DNA of 63,496 nucleotides, counting the filler, from Chiloscyllium plagiosum (Eukaryota): the NCBI RefSeq assembly GCF_004010195.1. It is 6 parts of one record of this genome, joined end to end, with 100 filler letters (N's around TTAATTAATTAA, not from the genome) between each part and the next. Parts side by side here need not be neighbours in the genome. Positions count along the whole stretch, not along the records: positions 24,590 to 38,726 come from NC_057717.1; 5 more parts are not named here. One strand, 5' to 3'. Numbering within the stretch: position 1 is the first letter of the stretch; every line of letters starts with the position of its first letter. The translations under genes were made by a program, and so were the position numbers. Below are positions 24,490 through 37,100 of the stretch, piece after piece. A model generated the notes under the pieces. The model saw only the letters and a program-made list of their open reading frames with translations. It did not search any database and was not told the DNA's origin.

Positions 24490-24589
24490 NNNNNNNNNNN
24501 NNNNNNNNNNNNNNNNNNNNNNNNNNNNNNNNNTTAATTAATTAANNNNNNNNNNNNNNNNNNNNNNNNNNNNNNNNNNNNNNNNNNNN
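24490..24589. other. Artificial assembly spacer N44-TTAATTAATTAA-N44 (also 38727-38826, 48956-49055, 58357-58456, 61598-61697)
   Basis: Five identical 100-nt structures. TTAATTAATTAA is palindromic and places stop codons in all six frames. Confidence 0.95.
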
Positions 24590-25560
24590 AATGTTACAAA
24601 GACAGGGACAGTTGTTGGGATTGGAGGAGCATACAAATATAGGGAGGGCTTTCGTAACTGGACGATATTACGTTACAGAGATGGGGAGAGTTTCACAACT
24701 AAAGGGAGTTAGAAAAATCAGGATGATTTGAGGTTATTGGAGCAGCTTTGACTGTATAGTTTCTACAGAGATAGGGAGAGTTGTGGAGACTGGAACAGGT
24801 GACAGTGAGAAGAAGAGTTTTAAGAATAAGTAGGACTTTTCAGAGAAACTGAAGTATGCAGGGATGGGAAATGGTGACATTCACAGTGAGACTTATGGCA
24901 GCTCATGAAGGTAACAGAAATAAATAGTGTCGTCATATGGGGAGGACGTCAAAGGTATGAAGATTTGGAGTGACAGAAGGAGATTACATGCATAGGGAGG
25001 GTAGTAGGGACCAGCAGAGTTTACAGAGATTGAGTCTCCTTTAGAGTGGAAACGTTTATCATCATGATTAGGATTGTAGAGACTAAATTACATGATAGTG
25101 ACAGTAGAACTGGATGGTATCCACAGACATGAAGGATGCTAACTGGTGCAGGGGGTTCCTAAGGTCAGGAATTTCTTGGGAGATTACACAGATAGTGAAA
25201 TTCTAAGGTAGGAGACTGACATAGTTTCCATGACAGGGAGGTATTTCAGGTCTGGAAAGGATTACACAGATCTGGGCAGCTCAATGGACTGAAGAGTTGT
25301 AGGAGTTGGAGATGTTTACCCGGATAGGGACGGATGTGGAGTTGAAAGGCAAATACATTGACATGGAGGGTGATATTGGTAGGAGGAGCTTACAGGACTG
25401 TCAGGGTTTACTGGGATGAAGGAATTTAGTATCAACTGAAGATGTTTAGCGATTCGTGTGTTCGGGATTGGAGAACCTGACAGAGACAGAGAGCATTGTG
25501 TGGACTATAGGAGATTTCAAACAGAGGAATTATTGTGACTGCAGGGTGTTACAGAAATCA
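24590..25560 (+). repeat. Degenerate purine-rich ~37-bp satellite (consensus like GGAGGAGGTTACAGAGATAGGGAGGGTTGTAGGGACT)
   Basis: Recurrent TTACAGAGAT(A/G)GGGAG motifs at roughly 36-37-nt spacing. The same family appears at ~1960-2220 and 29900-34020. Confidence 0.7.
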
Positions 25561-26424
25561 CTAATACAGCATGGGCCTGGAGTGATGCCTGGAACCTCCT
25601 GTGCTGTCTCAGTGAGAACCAGTACAGCAGAGGTGAGAGCAGGACCCTCACAAGATGGTGGGAATGAAGCCTAGAATGTTGTAGATCCTTGCCCAGCAGT
25701 GTATCTGTGTCCTGTCTTCAGGGTCTGAATATGCAACGCCACTAAATCCTCCCCGTGCTGTTTACTGTGAGTGATTTTACCGGCTGTAGGATTTGCTGAA
25801 GGTTCCAGATCTCCCTCTCCATCTCTCTCTGGTCGACCAAGCATCTTCAATGATGTGATGGATGAGATAGGAGTTAGGAATATCCTGATTACCTGCATGA
25901 GACAAATAAGAAGACAGAATGGGCAATTAGACGGATGCAGACTGAGGATAACTCAAATAGAGTCGCACTGAGCCCCACAGAGATATGGAAAATCCAAGTC
26001 TCAATCCCGAGCATGTCCTGCTGCGTCTCTCTGGAGCGGACAATCCTGTTGGCTCAGGATCTGGAATAGATGCAAGGCGAGAGGTACTGACAGCGGCAGC
26101 AATTAGACCCAGACAGTGAGGAACACCACATGGATAGATACTGAGTGATATCACCAGAGGGCAGCAAGTTTTCAGAATCAAACCATGTCGTCAGAAGAAT
26201 TGGTCTGATGCAGTGTGCACTGCTACCAGTACTCAGAGAGGAGTCAGCTATTTTATTAGGATGATACAGTGGTGGGACCAGTGCTCTGGTCAATCATATG
26301 TCCAGAATTATGCAGAGTTCTTTAAACTGACACAGATTGTCTCAGCGCCTATGCTCGCTTTGAGTAGACTTTCAGTGGCGAGGTAACGCCTATTCCGACA
26401 AGTCCTGATGAACATATGCCAACA

Positions 26425-26684
26425 GCCTCACAGCGCCAGAGACCTGGGTTCAATTCCCGCCTCAGACTGTGTGGAGTTTGCACGTTCTCCCCGTGTCTGC
26501 GTGGGTTTCCTCCGGGTGCTCAGGTTTCCTCCCACAGTCCAAAGATGTGCAGGTTAGGTGAATTGACCATGCTAAATTGCCCCTAGTGTTAGGTAAGGGA
26601 TAAATGTAGGGTTGCGTTTCGGCCGGGCAGTGTGGACTTGTTGGGCCGAAGGGCCTGTTTCCACACTGTAAGTAATCTAATCTA
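26425..26684 (+). mobile_element. HE1-like V-SINE, slightly 5'-truncated
   Basis: GCCTCACAGCGCCAGAGACCTGGGTTCAATTCCC (B box)...TAATCTAATCTA tail. Confidence 0.9.
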
Positions 26685-26694
26685 GTCACTGTAC

Positions 26695-28530
26695 CAGAGG
26701 TTTCATCGGCTTTCCTTCGTGTTAATCCAAGGAAAACGATGGGACCAGACGGAGAACCAGACAGTGCATTCACAGCATGCGCAGATCAACCGGCAGAGGT
26801 TTTCTCGAACATCTTCAACCTCCCCCTGCAGACGGCCACTGTCCATGCCTGCTTTAAGATGGACAACATCATCCATGTGCCTAGGAAGGCTCATGCAGCA
26901 TGCCTCAAATACTACCACCCAGTGGCCCTATAGTTGGTGGTCAAAAAGTGCTTTGAAAAGCAGGTCATGGCATTAATCAACTCTAGCCTCGCCACTACTC
27001 TTGACTCGCTCCAATTTGCCTATCGGACCAACAGATTCATGTCAGATGCCATATCACCTGCCCTTCACTGCTCCCTAGGACAACTTGACACAAAGAACAT
27101 TTACGTAAGAATCCTAATCTTTGACTACATTTCAGCCTTCAAAACTATAATCCCCTCGCGATTGATTTCTAAACGTAGTGATCTCGGACTAAGCCCTTCT
27201 TCTCTGCAAGTGGATCTTCAGTTTCCTGACCCACAGGCTACAATCAGTGAGATTGGGAACAATATTTCATCCTCATTAACACTCAACACTAGGCAATTAG
27301 ACGGATGCAGACTGAGGATAACTCAAGTAGAGTCGCACTCAGGGGTGCATACTCACCCCCCTATTGTACTCACTGTGTACCCATGACTGCATTTAAATAT
27401 ACTAGACAAATGTCATTTACAAGTTTGCTGATGACATCACCATTGCCGGTCGAACGATGGATGTGGAAGATGTGGAAAAATGGTGCACTGAGAACAACCT
27501 AGCTCTCAATGCCGGCAAAACCAAGGACTTCTGGCGGGATGTTACTCCTGCCCTCCTACACATTAACAGCACAAATTAATGAGCGGAGAGTGTCAAGCTC
27601 CTGGGATTTGTCATACACAACAAGACTGGGCGGCACGGTGGCACAGTGGTTAGCACTGCTGCCTCACAGCGCCAGAGACCCGGGTTCAATTCCCGACTCA
27701 GGCGACTGACTGTGTGGAGTTTGCACATTCTCCCGTGTCTGCGTGGGTTTCCTCCGGGTGCTCCGGTTTCCTCCCACAGTCCAAAGGTGTGCAGGTTAGA
27801 TGAATTGGCCATGCTAAATTGCCCGTAGTGTTAGGTAAGGGGTAAATGTAAGGGTATGGGTGGGTTACGCTTCGGCGGGGCGGTGTGGACTTGTTGGGCC
27901 GAAGGGCCTGTTTCCACAAAATAATGTAATCTAATCTAATCTAAAAAAAAATCTAATTTCTTGGACTCTTTATGTGGATGCACTGGTTACAAAGCCCCAA
28001 CGACGTTTTTTTCTTCCTCTGGCAGCTGACGAAATTTGGCATGACGGTGAATAACCTTGCCAACCTTTATAGGTGTGCCATCGAGAGCATTCTGTTTGGA
28101 CATGTCACAACCTGTTATGGCAAATGTACCATTCAAGATCGGAGACTGTGACAGAGACTGGTGAACTCAGCCCGGAAAATCACAAAGACCATCCTCCCAT
28201 CTGTAAAATCCATCACACAGGCCCACTGTCAAGGAAAGGTCGCCAGCATTCTCAAAGATCCATCCCACTCTGGCAATGTTTTTCTACAATCTCTACCATC
28301 GGGGAGAAGGCACAGAAGCCTGAACACATGCACCAGCTGGTTTTGTTACGACTTCTACCCGACTGTTGTTAGGATACTGAATGGACTCACACCTCTCAAC
28401 ATTCGGCTCTACATGTGTTTTTGTTTAATGCCGCTTTTTACCGATTATTTACTTTTCGATGTTACTTAACTCTGTCTTGCTCGCAAGACAAAGCTTTTCA
28501 CTGTGCGTTGGTACACAGGACATTCCATTC
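26695..28530 (+). mobile_element. Rex1/Babar-clade LINE, 5'-truncated and disrupted RT, interrupted by a SINE
   Basis: GPDGEPDSAFTACADQPAEVFSNIFNL...YHPVAL*..VKKCFEK...LDSLQFAYRTNR..DAIS.ALH...VRILIFDYISAFKTIIPSRLI...QGCILTPLLYSL...KFADD...ILKDPSHSGN.F..LPSGRR.RSL, ending in a CATTC-type tail. Confidence 0.85.
27628..27950 (+). mobile_element. Full-length HE1-like tRNA-derived V-SINE nested in the Rex1/Babar LINE
   Basis: GGCGGCACGGTGGCACAGTGGTTAGCACTGCTGCCTCACAGCGCCAGAGACCCGGGTTCAATTCCC (A and B boxes), central conserved domain, CR1-like 3' end and (CTAAT)n tail. Confidence 0.92.
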
Positions 28531-28689
28531 CATTCAATGCAATTCACTCTGTCCAAACCGTGCAGTTTTCTGTATATTCAATTACATCCCACCTCATCCT
28601 TCTAAACTCCATTGCGTATAGACAGAGAGTCCTCAAACATCTGTTTAAAGTCTCAGAAATACATTCCTACCATAATATTGTAGTCTTCT

Positions 28690-29390
28690 CAAGATGAAGG
28701 AGAGCATTGCATTTGCCTTCCTAATTACTGGCTCAATCTGCAAGTTTACCTTAAGGGAATCCTGGACTGGGCTCCTTTTGCACTTCAGATTTATGAATTT
28801 TCTCCCCATTTAGAAAATAACTCACATCTCTATTTAGCTGACGAAAGTACATGACCTCACAATTGAGCGCGTTGTATTCCACCTGCTACATCTTTGCACA
28901 CTTTCCTAAGAGTGTCTAAATCTTTCTGCAGCTTTCATACTTCCTTACTTCTCCCTGCCCCTCCTCTTATCGTTGTATCATCTGCCAAGGTCGCAATATT
29001 GCCCTCAGTTCCTTCACCCAGATCATTCATGTCTAAGGTGAAACGCTGTTGTCACAACACTGACTCTTGCGACCACCACTGTTCAACAACTTCCACCCTG
29101 AAAAGGAGTCTTTTATCTCTACTCTCTGCCTCCTGCCAGACAACCAAGTTTCTATCCAAGCTAGGATCTGGCCTATAACACTATGGGCCCTTATCTCACT
29201 CAGCAGCTTCCTGTGAGGCACCTTGTCCAAGGCTTTATGGAAGTCCAGATTGAAAACAACCACTGGTTCTCCTTAGTCTGACCTGCCCATTAACCTCTCA
29301 AAGAATTTTAACAGATTTGTCAGGTATAACTTTCCCTATGCTGACTTTGCCCTTTTTTAAACATGCACTTGCAAATTTTCAGAAATCTTC
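28690..29390 (-). mobile_element. CR1 RT-domain fragment
   Basis: LDFHKALDKVPHRKLLSEIRAHSVIGQILAWIETWLSGRRQRVEIKDSFSGWK, an RT motif-A region. Confidence 0.85.
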
Positions 29391-29399
29391 TCTTTCTGC

Positions 29400-29600
29400 A
29401 ATTCCTTACTGGGGCGCTGTCGAGGCTGGGTCAGTGAGTGTATTTACAGCTGAGGTGATCAGATTTTAATCAATCAGGCAAACAAGGGTCACGTGGAAAA
29501 GGCGGGAAAGTAGAGTTGTGGATTATTGGATCAATAATGAACTCATTCTACGGTGGAATATACCCGAAGGGCCAAAGAGCCTAATACCGGTTGGCATTGC
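29400..29600 (+). mobile_element. CR1 3' end remnant
   Basis: GCTGTCGAGGCTGGGTCAGTGAGTGTATTTACAGCTGAGG...GGAAAAGGCGGGAAAGTAGAGTTG...CGAAGGGCC. Confidence 0.6.
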
Positions 29601-31649
29601 ATGGTATTCACGAAATCAATTTCAAACACAATAAAAGATTGAACTACATTATGTTCATGGAAAGAAAAATATCCTTGGTCCAATCAGAATAATTCATGAA
29701 TCAAATTATAACATGCTTCAGGATCCACAACTCTTCTCACTCCCATTCTGCAGGTTCTATGAATCCCGCTACATCAAACCTCCTGCAGGATCCCCATCTC
29801 TTCCTACATTTGTACCATCCTCCAAGTTCTGCAACCCTTCCTACCTTCGTAACGTGGCCAGGACTCTATAACTCTTCTTTCCGCTGCAATGTTCCCCAGA
29901 AAGACACTGGAGGTGGGGTTTTCAGAGATAGGGAGGGATATCAGGAGGAGAGGACTTTGCAGTCATTAGGAGGATTGCAATGCCAAAAGGAGGCTTCAGT
30001 AATTGTGCAAATTCATGATGATGAAGATGTTTGAGGAGGGCGGGAGAGAGGATTGTAGGGACATGAGAGGTTGCACAGTTTGGGTGTTTTGTGAGAACTG
30101 CAGGAGGTTACTGAACAGATGACCCAGATTGAGAGGATTGCGGGGACTGGATGTGGTTTCACAGGGAGAGAGGACCATAGAGCCTAGAGGGGTTCAGAGA
30201 GCTGGTGAGTTTGGGGGAATGAAGCAGATTACAGGGATAAGAATGTTTCTAGGACAGGTCTGGATAACACAGACAGCGAGTCTTTTGGGGTACTGAGCAG
30301 ATTACAGAGATAAAGTTGTTTGTATCGAGAATAACAGAGATATGACGGGTAGTCGTGTCTGAAGATATTTATATAAATAGGAAAGTTTAGTTCTGGGAGC
30401 TATTTAGATATGGAGGGTGTGAAATCTGGATTTTTATTCAGAGGTAGGGATAGACATTTTGGTTGGAGACAGTTTCACAGATAAGAGAGCAGAGCGCATA
30501 CAGGAGGAAGTTCCTGCGGTAGGGAGGGTTGTAGAGGAGGAAGATGTTTACACAGGTAGGGGTGTATGAGCCGGAGTAGGTTATGGAGATGGGTAGATGA
30601 ATGGAGAGACGAGAGGAGCTTACATTGACAGGGTAGGACACAGTGAACGGGGGCGGGGTTGGTGTTAAATGGGGATTGTGGGAACTGGATCGGGAAAGGC
30701 ACAAACTTTGGAGTGGATTCTACAGATCGGGAGTTTTGCAGGGACCTGAGAGGATAACACAGATAGGGATGGTGGTAGGGTCTCGACAGACGGAAGACGT
30801 TTTAGAGATTGGAAGAGGGTATGTAGATAGGGAGAGGTTTAAGACCTGCAGGAGCTTATGGAGAGTTGAAGATTTGGAGCAGTTTAAAGAGGGAGGTTTC
30901 TCAGATAGAAATAAGTTACAGAGAGAGAGGGTTATGTGTCCTGAGCAAGTTAAAGAGAGACAGAGCTTTCCGATTTAGAAAAAAAAATGACGAGATGTAA
31001 GCAAAATTTCACGGAGAAGATTACACAGACAGGGAGGGATATAGGGACTGAAAGTGAATACACAGACATGGAGGATTTTATTGTTAGACAGCGCTTAGAG
31101 GGATAGGGACTGGTGTCGGGATTGACACAGTTAGAGAAGGTTGTGTTTTTGCAGAAGGTTACACTGGACTACAGAGGAGCTCAGAGAGAATGTATTATGA
31201 TGAGTGGGGGAGATTACAGACACAAAGATGGCTGCCTGGTTGAAAACAGCTTGTACAGATTCTCAGTGCTGTAAGGCTGGAGGGAGGTTATAGTCGTGAC
31301 GGTTGCCAAGACTTAATTACTTCACTGATATAGAGCAAGTCTCACTACGTAATTGTTAAAGTGAAGATGGGACAGTCCAGATTAGTTTACAGAGATATAA
31401 ACGTTTATGGGAGTTTCAAGAGGGAACAGTGATTGTGAGTGCTGTAATAAATGGCAATAGTTACAGGGAGGGTTCTAAGAGCAGGAAGAGGTGACAGTCA
31501 TATCGATCTTTGTAAGGACTGGAGAAGCTTATATCGGCAAAAAGTGTTTTAGAGACTGGAGGGGATTACAGTGGTAAGGAGAATATTAGGGGTGAGGAAA
31601 GGTTCAAGACTCAGGGATGGTTGACAGGACTGGATGAAGATCTGAATAG

Positions 31650-31992
31650 AATCTCCATTCAGCCTAACAAGTCCACATCAACCATCTGAAGTGCATCCTG
31701 CTCAGACCCATCCCTCTACATATCCATTTTACCCTGCATTTCTTATGGTGAACTCACCTAAACCACACATTCCTGAATACTATAGTCAATTTACGATGGT
31801 CAATACAACGATCACGCAAAGTTTGAACTGTGGCAGAATACCAGAGCACCCGGAAGAAACCAACATATTCGGGGGTGGGGTGGGGGGGAGAACATACAAA
31901 GTTCACACAGTCAATCGCCCAAGGCTGGAATTGAAACCAGGTCCCTGACGCTGTGAGGATGCAGTGTTAACGAATGTGCCACCGTACCACCC
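31650..31992 (-). mobile_element. Degenerate HE1-like SINE (duplicate at ~32870-33190)
   Basis: GAATTGAAACCAGGTCCCTGACGCTGTGAGGATGCAGTGTTAACGAATGTGCCACCGTACCACCC is the reverse complement of the SINE head. Confidence 0.8.
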
Positions 31993-32364
31993 CTGCGGCT
32001 GATTATACACAGCATTGCAGAGATTGGACCAGGTCACGAAGTTCACAGTGGTTATTGAAACAGGAGGAGAATGTAGTCAGGAACAGGAGAAGGTTACATA
32101 GATGGTATCCATGAGAGAGACTGGAAGAGGTTAACGCAATAGGGAGGTCCGTGCAGTCTCCAGACAATTAGAGGTAGGTACGGTTGGCGACACTGGATGA
32201 AGTTGGTACTAGTCAGAGTTGAACACACTGGAAGAGGTTACCGAGTTAGCAACGACTTATGAACTAGCTAAGGTTTTCGACAGGGATAATTGAAGGAAAT
32301 GAAAGTTGTTACAACAATTGAGAGGACGTTTCAGACACATGGATGGTTTTAGAGGCTGTAGGAT

Positions 32365-32563
32365 GTAAGATCCCTCTGTTCCTCCACCTGACTAAGAACC
32401 CTACCATTAACCCTGTATTCCGCATTCTTATTTGTTCTTCCAAAATGGACAACCTCACACTTGGCAGGGTTGAACTCCATCTGCCACTCCTCAGCCCAGC
32501 TCTGCATCATATCTAAGTCTCTCTGCAGCCGACAACAGCCCTCCTCACTGTCCACAACTCCAC
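32365..32563 (-). mobile_element. Well-preserved internal CR1 ORF2 fragment
   Basis: DSEEGCCRLQRDLDMMQSWAEEWQMEFNPAKCEVVHFGRTNKNAEYRVNGRVLSQVEEQRDL with no stops. Confidence 0.92.
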
Positions 32564-34179
32564 CTACGTAATTGTTAAAGCGAAGTTGGGACAGTCCAGA
32601 TTAGTTTACAGAGATATAAACGTTTATGGGAGTTTCAAGAGGGAACAGTGGTTGTGAGTGCTGTAATAAATGGCAATAGTTACAGGGAGGGTTCTAAGAG
32701 CAGGAAGAGGTGACAGTCATATCAATCTTTGGAAGGACTGGAGAAGCTTACATCGGCAAGAAGTGTTTTCGAGACCGGACGGGATTACAGTGGTAAGGAG
32801 AGTATTAGGGGTGAGGAAAGGTTCAAGACACAGGGATGGTTGACAGGACTGGATGAAGATCTGAATAGAATCTCCATTCAGCCCAACAAGTCCACATCAA
32901 CCCTCTGAAGAGCATCCTGCTCAGACCCATTCCTCTACCTATCCATTAAACCCTGCATTTCTTATGGTGAACTCACCTGAATACTATAGTCAATTTACGA
33001 TGGTCAATACACCGATCACGCAAATGTTGAACTGTGGCAGAATACCAGAGCATGCGGAAGAAACCCACATAGTCGGGGGGTGGAGAACATACAAAGTTCA
33101 CACAGTCAGTCATCCAAGGCTGGAATTGAAACCAGGTCCCTGACGCTGTGAGGGTGCAGTGTTAACGAATGTGCCACCGTACCACCCCTGTGGCTGATTA
33201 TACACAGCATTGCAGAGATTGGACCAGGTCACGAAGTTCACAGTCGTTATTGAAACAGGAGGAGAATGTAGTCAGGAACAGGAGAAGGTTACATAGATGG
33301 TATCCATGAGAGAGCCTGGAGGAGGTTAACGCAGTAGGGAGGTACGTGCAGTCTCTAGACAATTAGAGGTAGGTACGGTTGGCGACACTGGATGAAGTTG
33401 GTAGTACTCAGAGTTGAACACACTGGAAGAGGTTACCGAGTTAGCAACGACTTATGAACTAGCTAAGGTTTTCGACAGGGACAGTTGAAGGAAATGAAAG
33501 TTGTTACAACAATTGAGAGGACTTTTCAGACACATGGATGGTTTTAGTGGCTGCAGGATTTTCGAGAGCTAGGAAGGTTAGTACTGACTGGAGGTAGTCA
33601 GAGGTAAGGAATATTGTAGTGATGAGAGGACGTCACAGAGATAGAGAAGATTGTCGAGAGAGAGGGCAAGGTTACAGATCTCGGGAGGGTTCAAGTGACT
33701 TCAGAACGTTACACAAAGGGAGGGTTGACAGGAAACGCTGGAGGACCTCAAGGACTCTGGAGAGACAGGGAGGTGAAATGGATGGTGGAACGTTAGAAGT
33801 AATGAGGCGCTGGAGGACAGGATGGAAGAGTGACATCATGTGCTGGAGAGGATGGAGGAAGTTACACAGATGGGCAGATCAGTAAGGGCTGGATGTTACA
33901 GACAGAGTGGCCTGGAGGTGCTGGACAAGATGACAGACATAATGATTTTTGTAGTTTTTGGCGATAGTAGTCATAACACTAGGTTTCAAAGTCATTTTGG
34001 AAAAAAGATAAGGATAGTGCAGAAGTGAAGAGGCCAAATTTGGGGAAGCCCCCTCATCGTCAGAATATCACCGTCACTGGGCATTATCACAATCACGAGA
34101 AAGGATCTGGCAAACACAGACTGAGAGGAGCTGTTTGCAGTTGGGTTCACATTCAGCAAGAGGAGTTATGTTAAAGTGA

Positions 34180-37100
34180 TACAGTGAGAATTCAGGCCCT
34201 GTGTGTTCCCTGAAGAGTAAATGTCAAATGCTGTAACTCCAGCGAATACTGGTGAAGCGATATCGTGAGCTTGATGAAGAAAGTACAGTGCGATGAAAAC
34301 AGTTGAAGCTCTTCAATAGTATGGAGATTGCAAGGGGGTGCTTAAAAATGACGGGCAAAGAATGGTCATGAAATACACTTAGCAGATACTGTTAAGGAAA
34401 GGTCATAAGGTATTTTATGAGTGTAGTTAGAGGAAGAGGATGCCAAAGTAAAGAGTGTGGCCTGTTGGAAACCAAACGGACAATCTGTACATGGAGCCAG
34501 AGGAAGTGGGTGAGGTCGTCAATGATTACGGCTCATCTTTATTCACACAGGAGAAAGGCATTGTAGCCGGGGATTTCAGTCGGGATGGTAATGTTCGAGA
34601 ACATGTTAAGACCAATAAGGAGGAGAGGTATTAAATGTTTTCACAGGCATAAAGGTGGAGGAATCTCCAGTGCTCAATGAAATGTATCTCAGGATGCAAT
34701 GGGAAGTAAGGGAGGCGATTGCTGGGGCCCTGGTGGATATATTTAATACTTTGCTGGTCACAGATAAATGACTGGAGGATAGCTAATCTGGTTCCTTTAT
34801 TCAAGAAGAGCAGCAGGGATAGGCCAGGTAATTACAGAGCAGATAGTCTGACAACGGGGGAGGGAAATTATTGGGAACAATTCTGAGAATGAAGCAACAC
34901 TTGAAAAGGTGGGGATCAACTCGGCTTCAAAGATTTGGTACAGGAAGATGTCTGAGGAATTCACTTCATTTATTTGAAATGGTGTCTAAAAATATTGATG
35001 AGGGCAGTGCAGATTATGTCAGTTACATCGAGTTCATTAAGGCCATGACAAGGTCCCACATGGAAGGCTGGTCCAAAAGGGAAGAGCTATTACTATCCGA
35101 AGCAAGTTAATAAATTGGATAAAAAATTGTTGTTTGACTTCTTCGTGTTTGAAAATCTTTCACGAGCGGGTGTACCCACGGGGATTTGTGCAGGAACCTT
35201 TGCTGGTTATTCTATCGAATAATAACTCCGATGTGAAAGCAGAAGGTATCATTAGTAGGTTTGCAGATGACAGGAAATGTGAGGTAATATCCTATGGGAA
35301 TGATAAGCGAAGGACATACACAGCGGAGTATTGAGGAACACAGGAACCTTGGTTGACAAGTCCATAGATCCCTGAAGGTGTCAACGCAGGTAGACTGGGT
35401 GGGGAAGACAACTGAACTGGGAGCAGGAGGGGGACCCATATCCTGGGGGGGAGAATTGTTGGAGCTGCTCGAGAGGATATAAACTAGTCTGGCAGTGTGT
35501 TTCAACTTCAACAGTCGTACGGTTAGAAAGAAGATTGAGGCTGGTACACAAGTTAAAGAGAGCAATTTGATCAGACAAGGAAGGCAAGAATAGAAAAGGT
35601 AATGGGGGTAAACTTATGATTAAATTGCATTTATTTCAATGCAAGGAAGATGAACTCAAGGCATGGATCGGAACATGGGAATGGGATATTATAGCTATTA
35701 CTGATACAAAGCTTAGGGAGCGGCTGGACTGGCACCTGATTTCTTCCTGTAGCATCTCTACCTTGAAGTATCGAAGGGGAGGCGAGAGAGGATGCGTGGT
35801 GATGGGTTTTGACTGCATGAATGATCACGGCAGTACTTCGAGAAGATATTCCTGTGGGGTCGCCCAGTGAAGCTATGTTAGTGGAATTGTGAAATAAGAA
35901 TGGGTCATCACTCTGATATGATTGTCCTACTGACCCCGAATAATCAGCGGGAGATTGAGGAACAAATATGTCGGCAGATCTGAAATATCAGTCATAATAA
36001 TAGGACTGTTATGGTCGGGGTTTTTTAACTTTCAAAACCGAGACCGGTGTTCAGCCTTTGCACGGGAGGAATTTGGTAATTTGGCAAAGAGAAAGGGGCA
36101 AAACCTGACCTCCCCTTGGGAAACAAGGTCGGGAAAGGGACTGAGGTGTTAGTGGGAAAGCATTTTGCTAAGGTGACCACAGTTCTATTAGTTTGAAAAT
36201 AGCTCTGGAAAAGGACTGACCTGGTCCACAGTTCAAGGTATGAAATGGGGCCAGATCAATCTTGATAGTCTAAGCCAGGAACTTTCAAAAGGTCATTGGG
36301 GAGTCTATTTGATGGGAAAGGGAAGTCTGGCAAGTGAGAATATATTAAAAGTGAAATAAATTGAATGATCAGCTCCAGCATGTTTCTGTTTACGTGCAGG
36401 TCAATGCTGACAGCATTCGGAAACACTGGCTGTGTATTGAGGGTCTGGTAAAGGAAAAGGGGCACATGTCAGGTATAGCCAGCAGGATCAAGGGAATCCC
36501 TGGAGGATCACAGGGGCTGTAGGAATACACTTTGGGTGGAAATCAGGAATGCAGAAAGGGTACATGAAATAGCCTCGGCAGAGAAGGAGAAGGAGAATCC
36601 AAAAGTGATTGTATAAGTATATTAAGAGTAAACGAGTAACTTGTGACAAAATAGGGTGCCTTAAAGATCAATAAGGCCATTGATGTGTGGAACTGCAGGA
36701 TATTTGCTCAGACCCTAAGCAAATCTTTCACTCCAGAGCTTACTATGGTCCAAGTCTATGGAACTCAGGGAACAAGAGTAATACGTTATGCCATGATTGT
36801 AGTTCTCTGCAATTCCACTCTCCCTGCTATAGGAACGATAGTGTGCAAGTTGAAAGTGTTCAGAAAAGATTAACAAGATGTTGCTATGATGTTGCTGAAT
36901 AAGCTGGAGTTAATTTCCCTGGAGCGTCGGAGACTGAGAGGTGACCGGGCAGAGCTTTATATAAATGTGAGAGGCATGGATTGGGTAAACATTCAAGGTC
37001 TTTTCCCAGCGGTTGGGGAGCCAAAAATGGAGTACATAGGTTTAAGGTTTGAAGCCAATCGTTTAAAAATCGACTGAAGGGACAGCTTTTTCATGCACAT

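Larger units (their letters stand above)
31345..33559 (+). repeat. ~1-kb direct duplication (31345-32364 and 32564-33559) separated by a CR1 fragment
   Basis: Both copies start CTACGTAATTGTTAAAG and end GACACATGGATGGTTTTAG.GGCTG.AGGAT, with high identity throughout. Confidence 0.92.
29900..34020 (+). repeat. Degenerate ~37-bp purine-rich satellite field with embedded SINEs and a tandem duplication
   Basis: Continuous GGAGGAGGTTACAGAGATAGGGAGGG-like variants. A short opposite-orientation block lies at ~29740-29890. Confidence 0.7.

Noticed and set aside
27628..27700. tRNA gene
   Set aside because: The A/B boxes belong to the tRNA-derived head of an HE1-like SINE, which continues into SINE body and tail.
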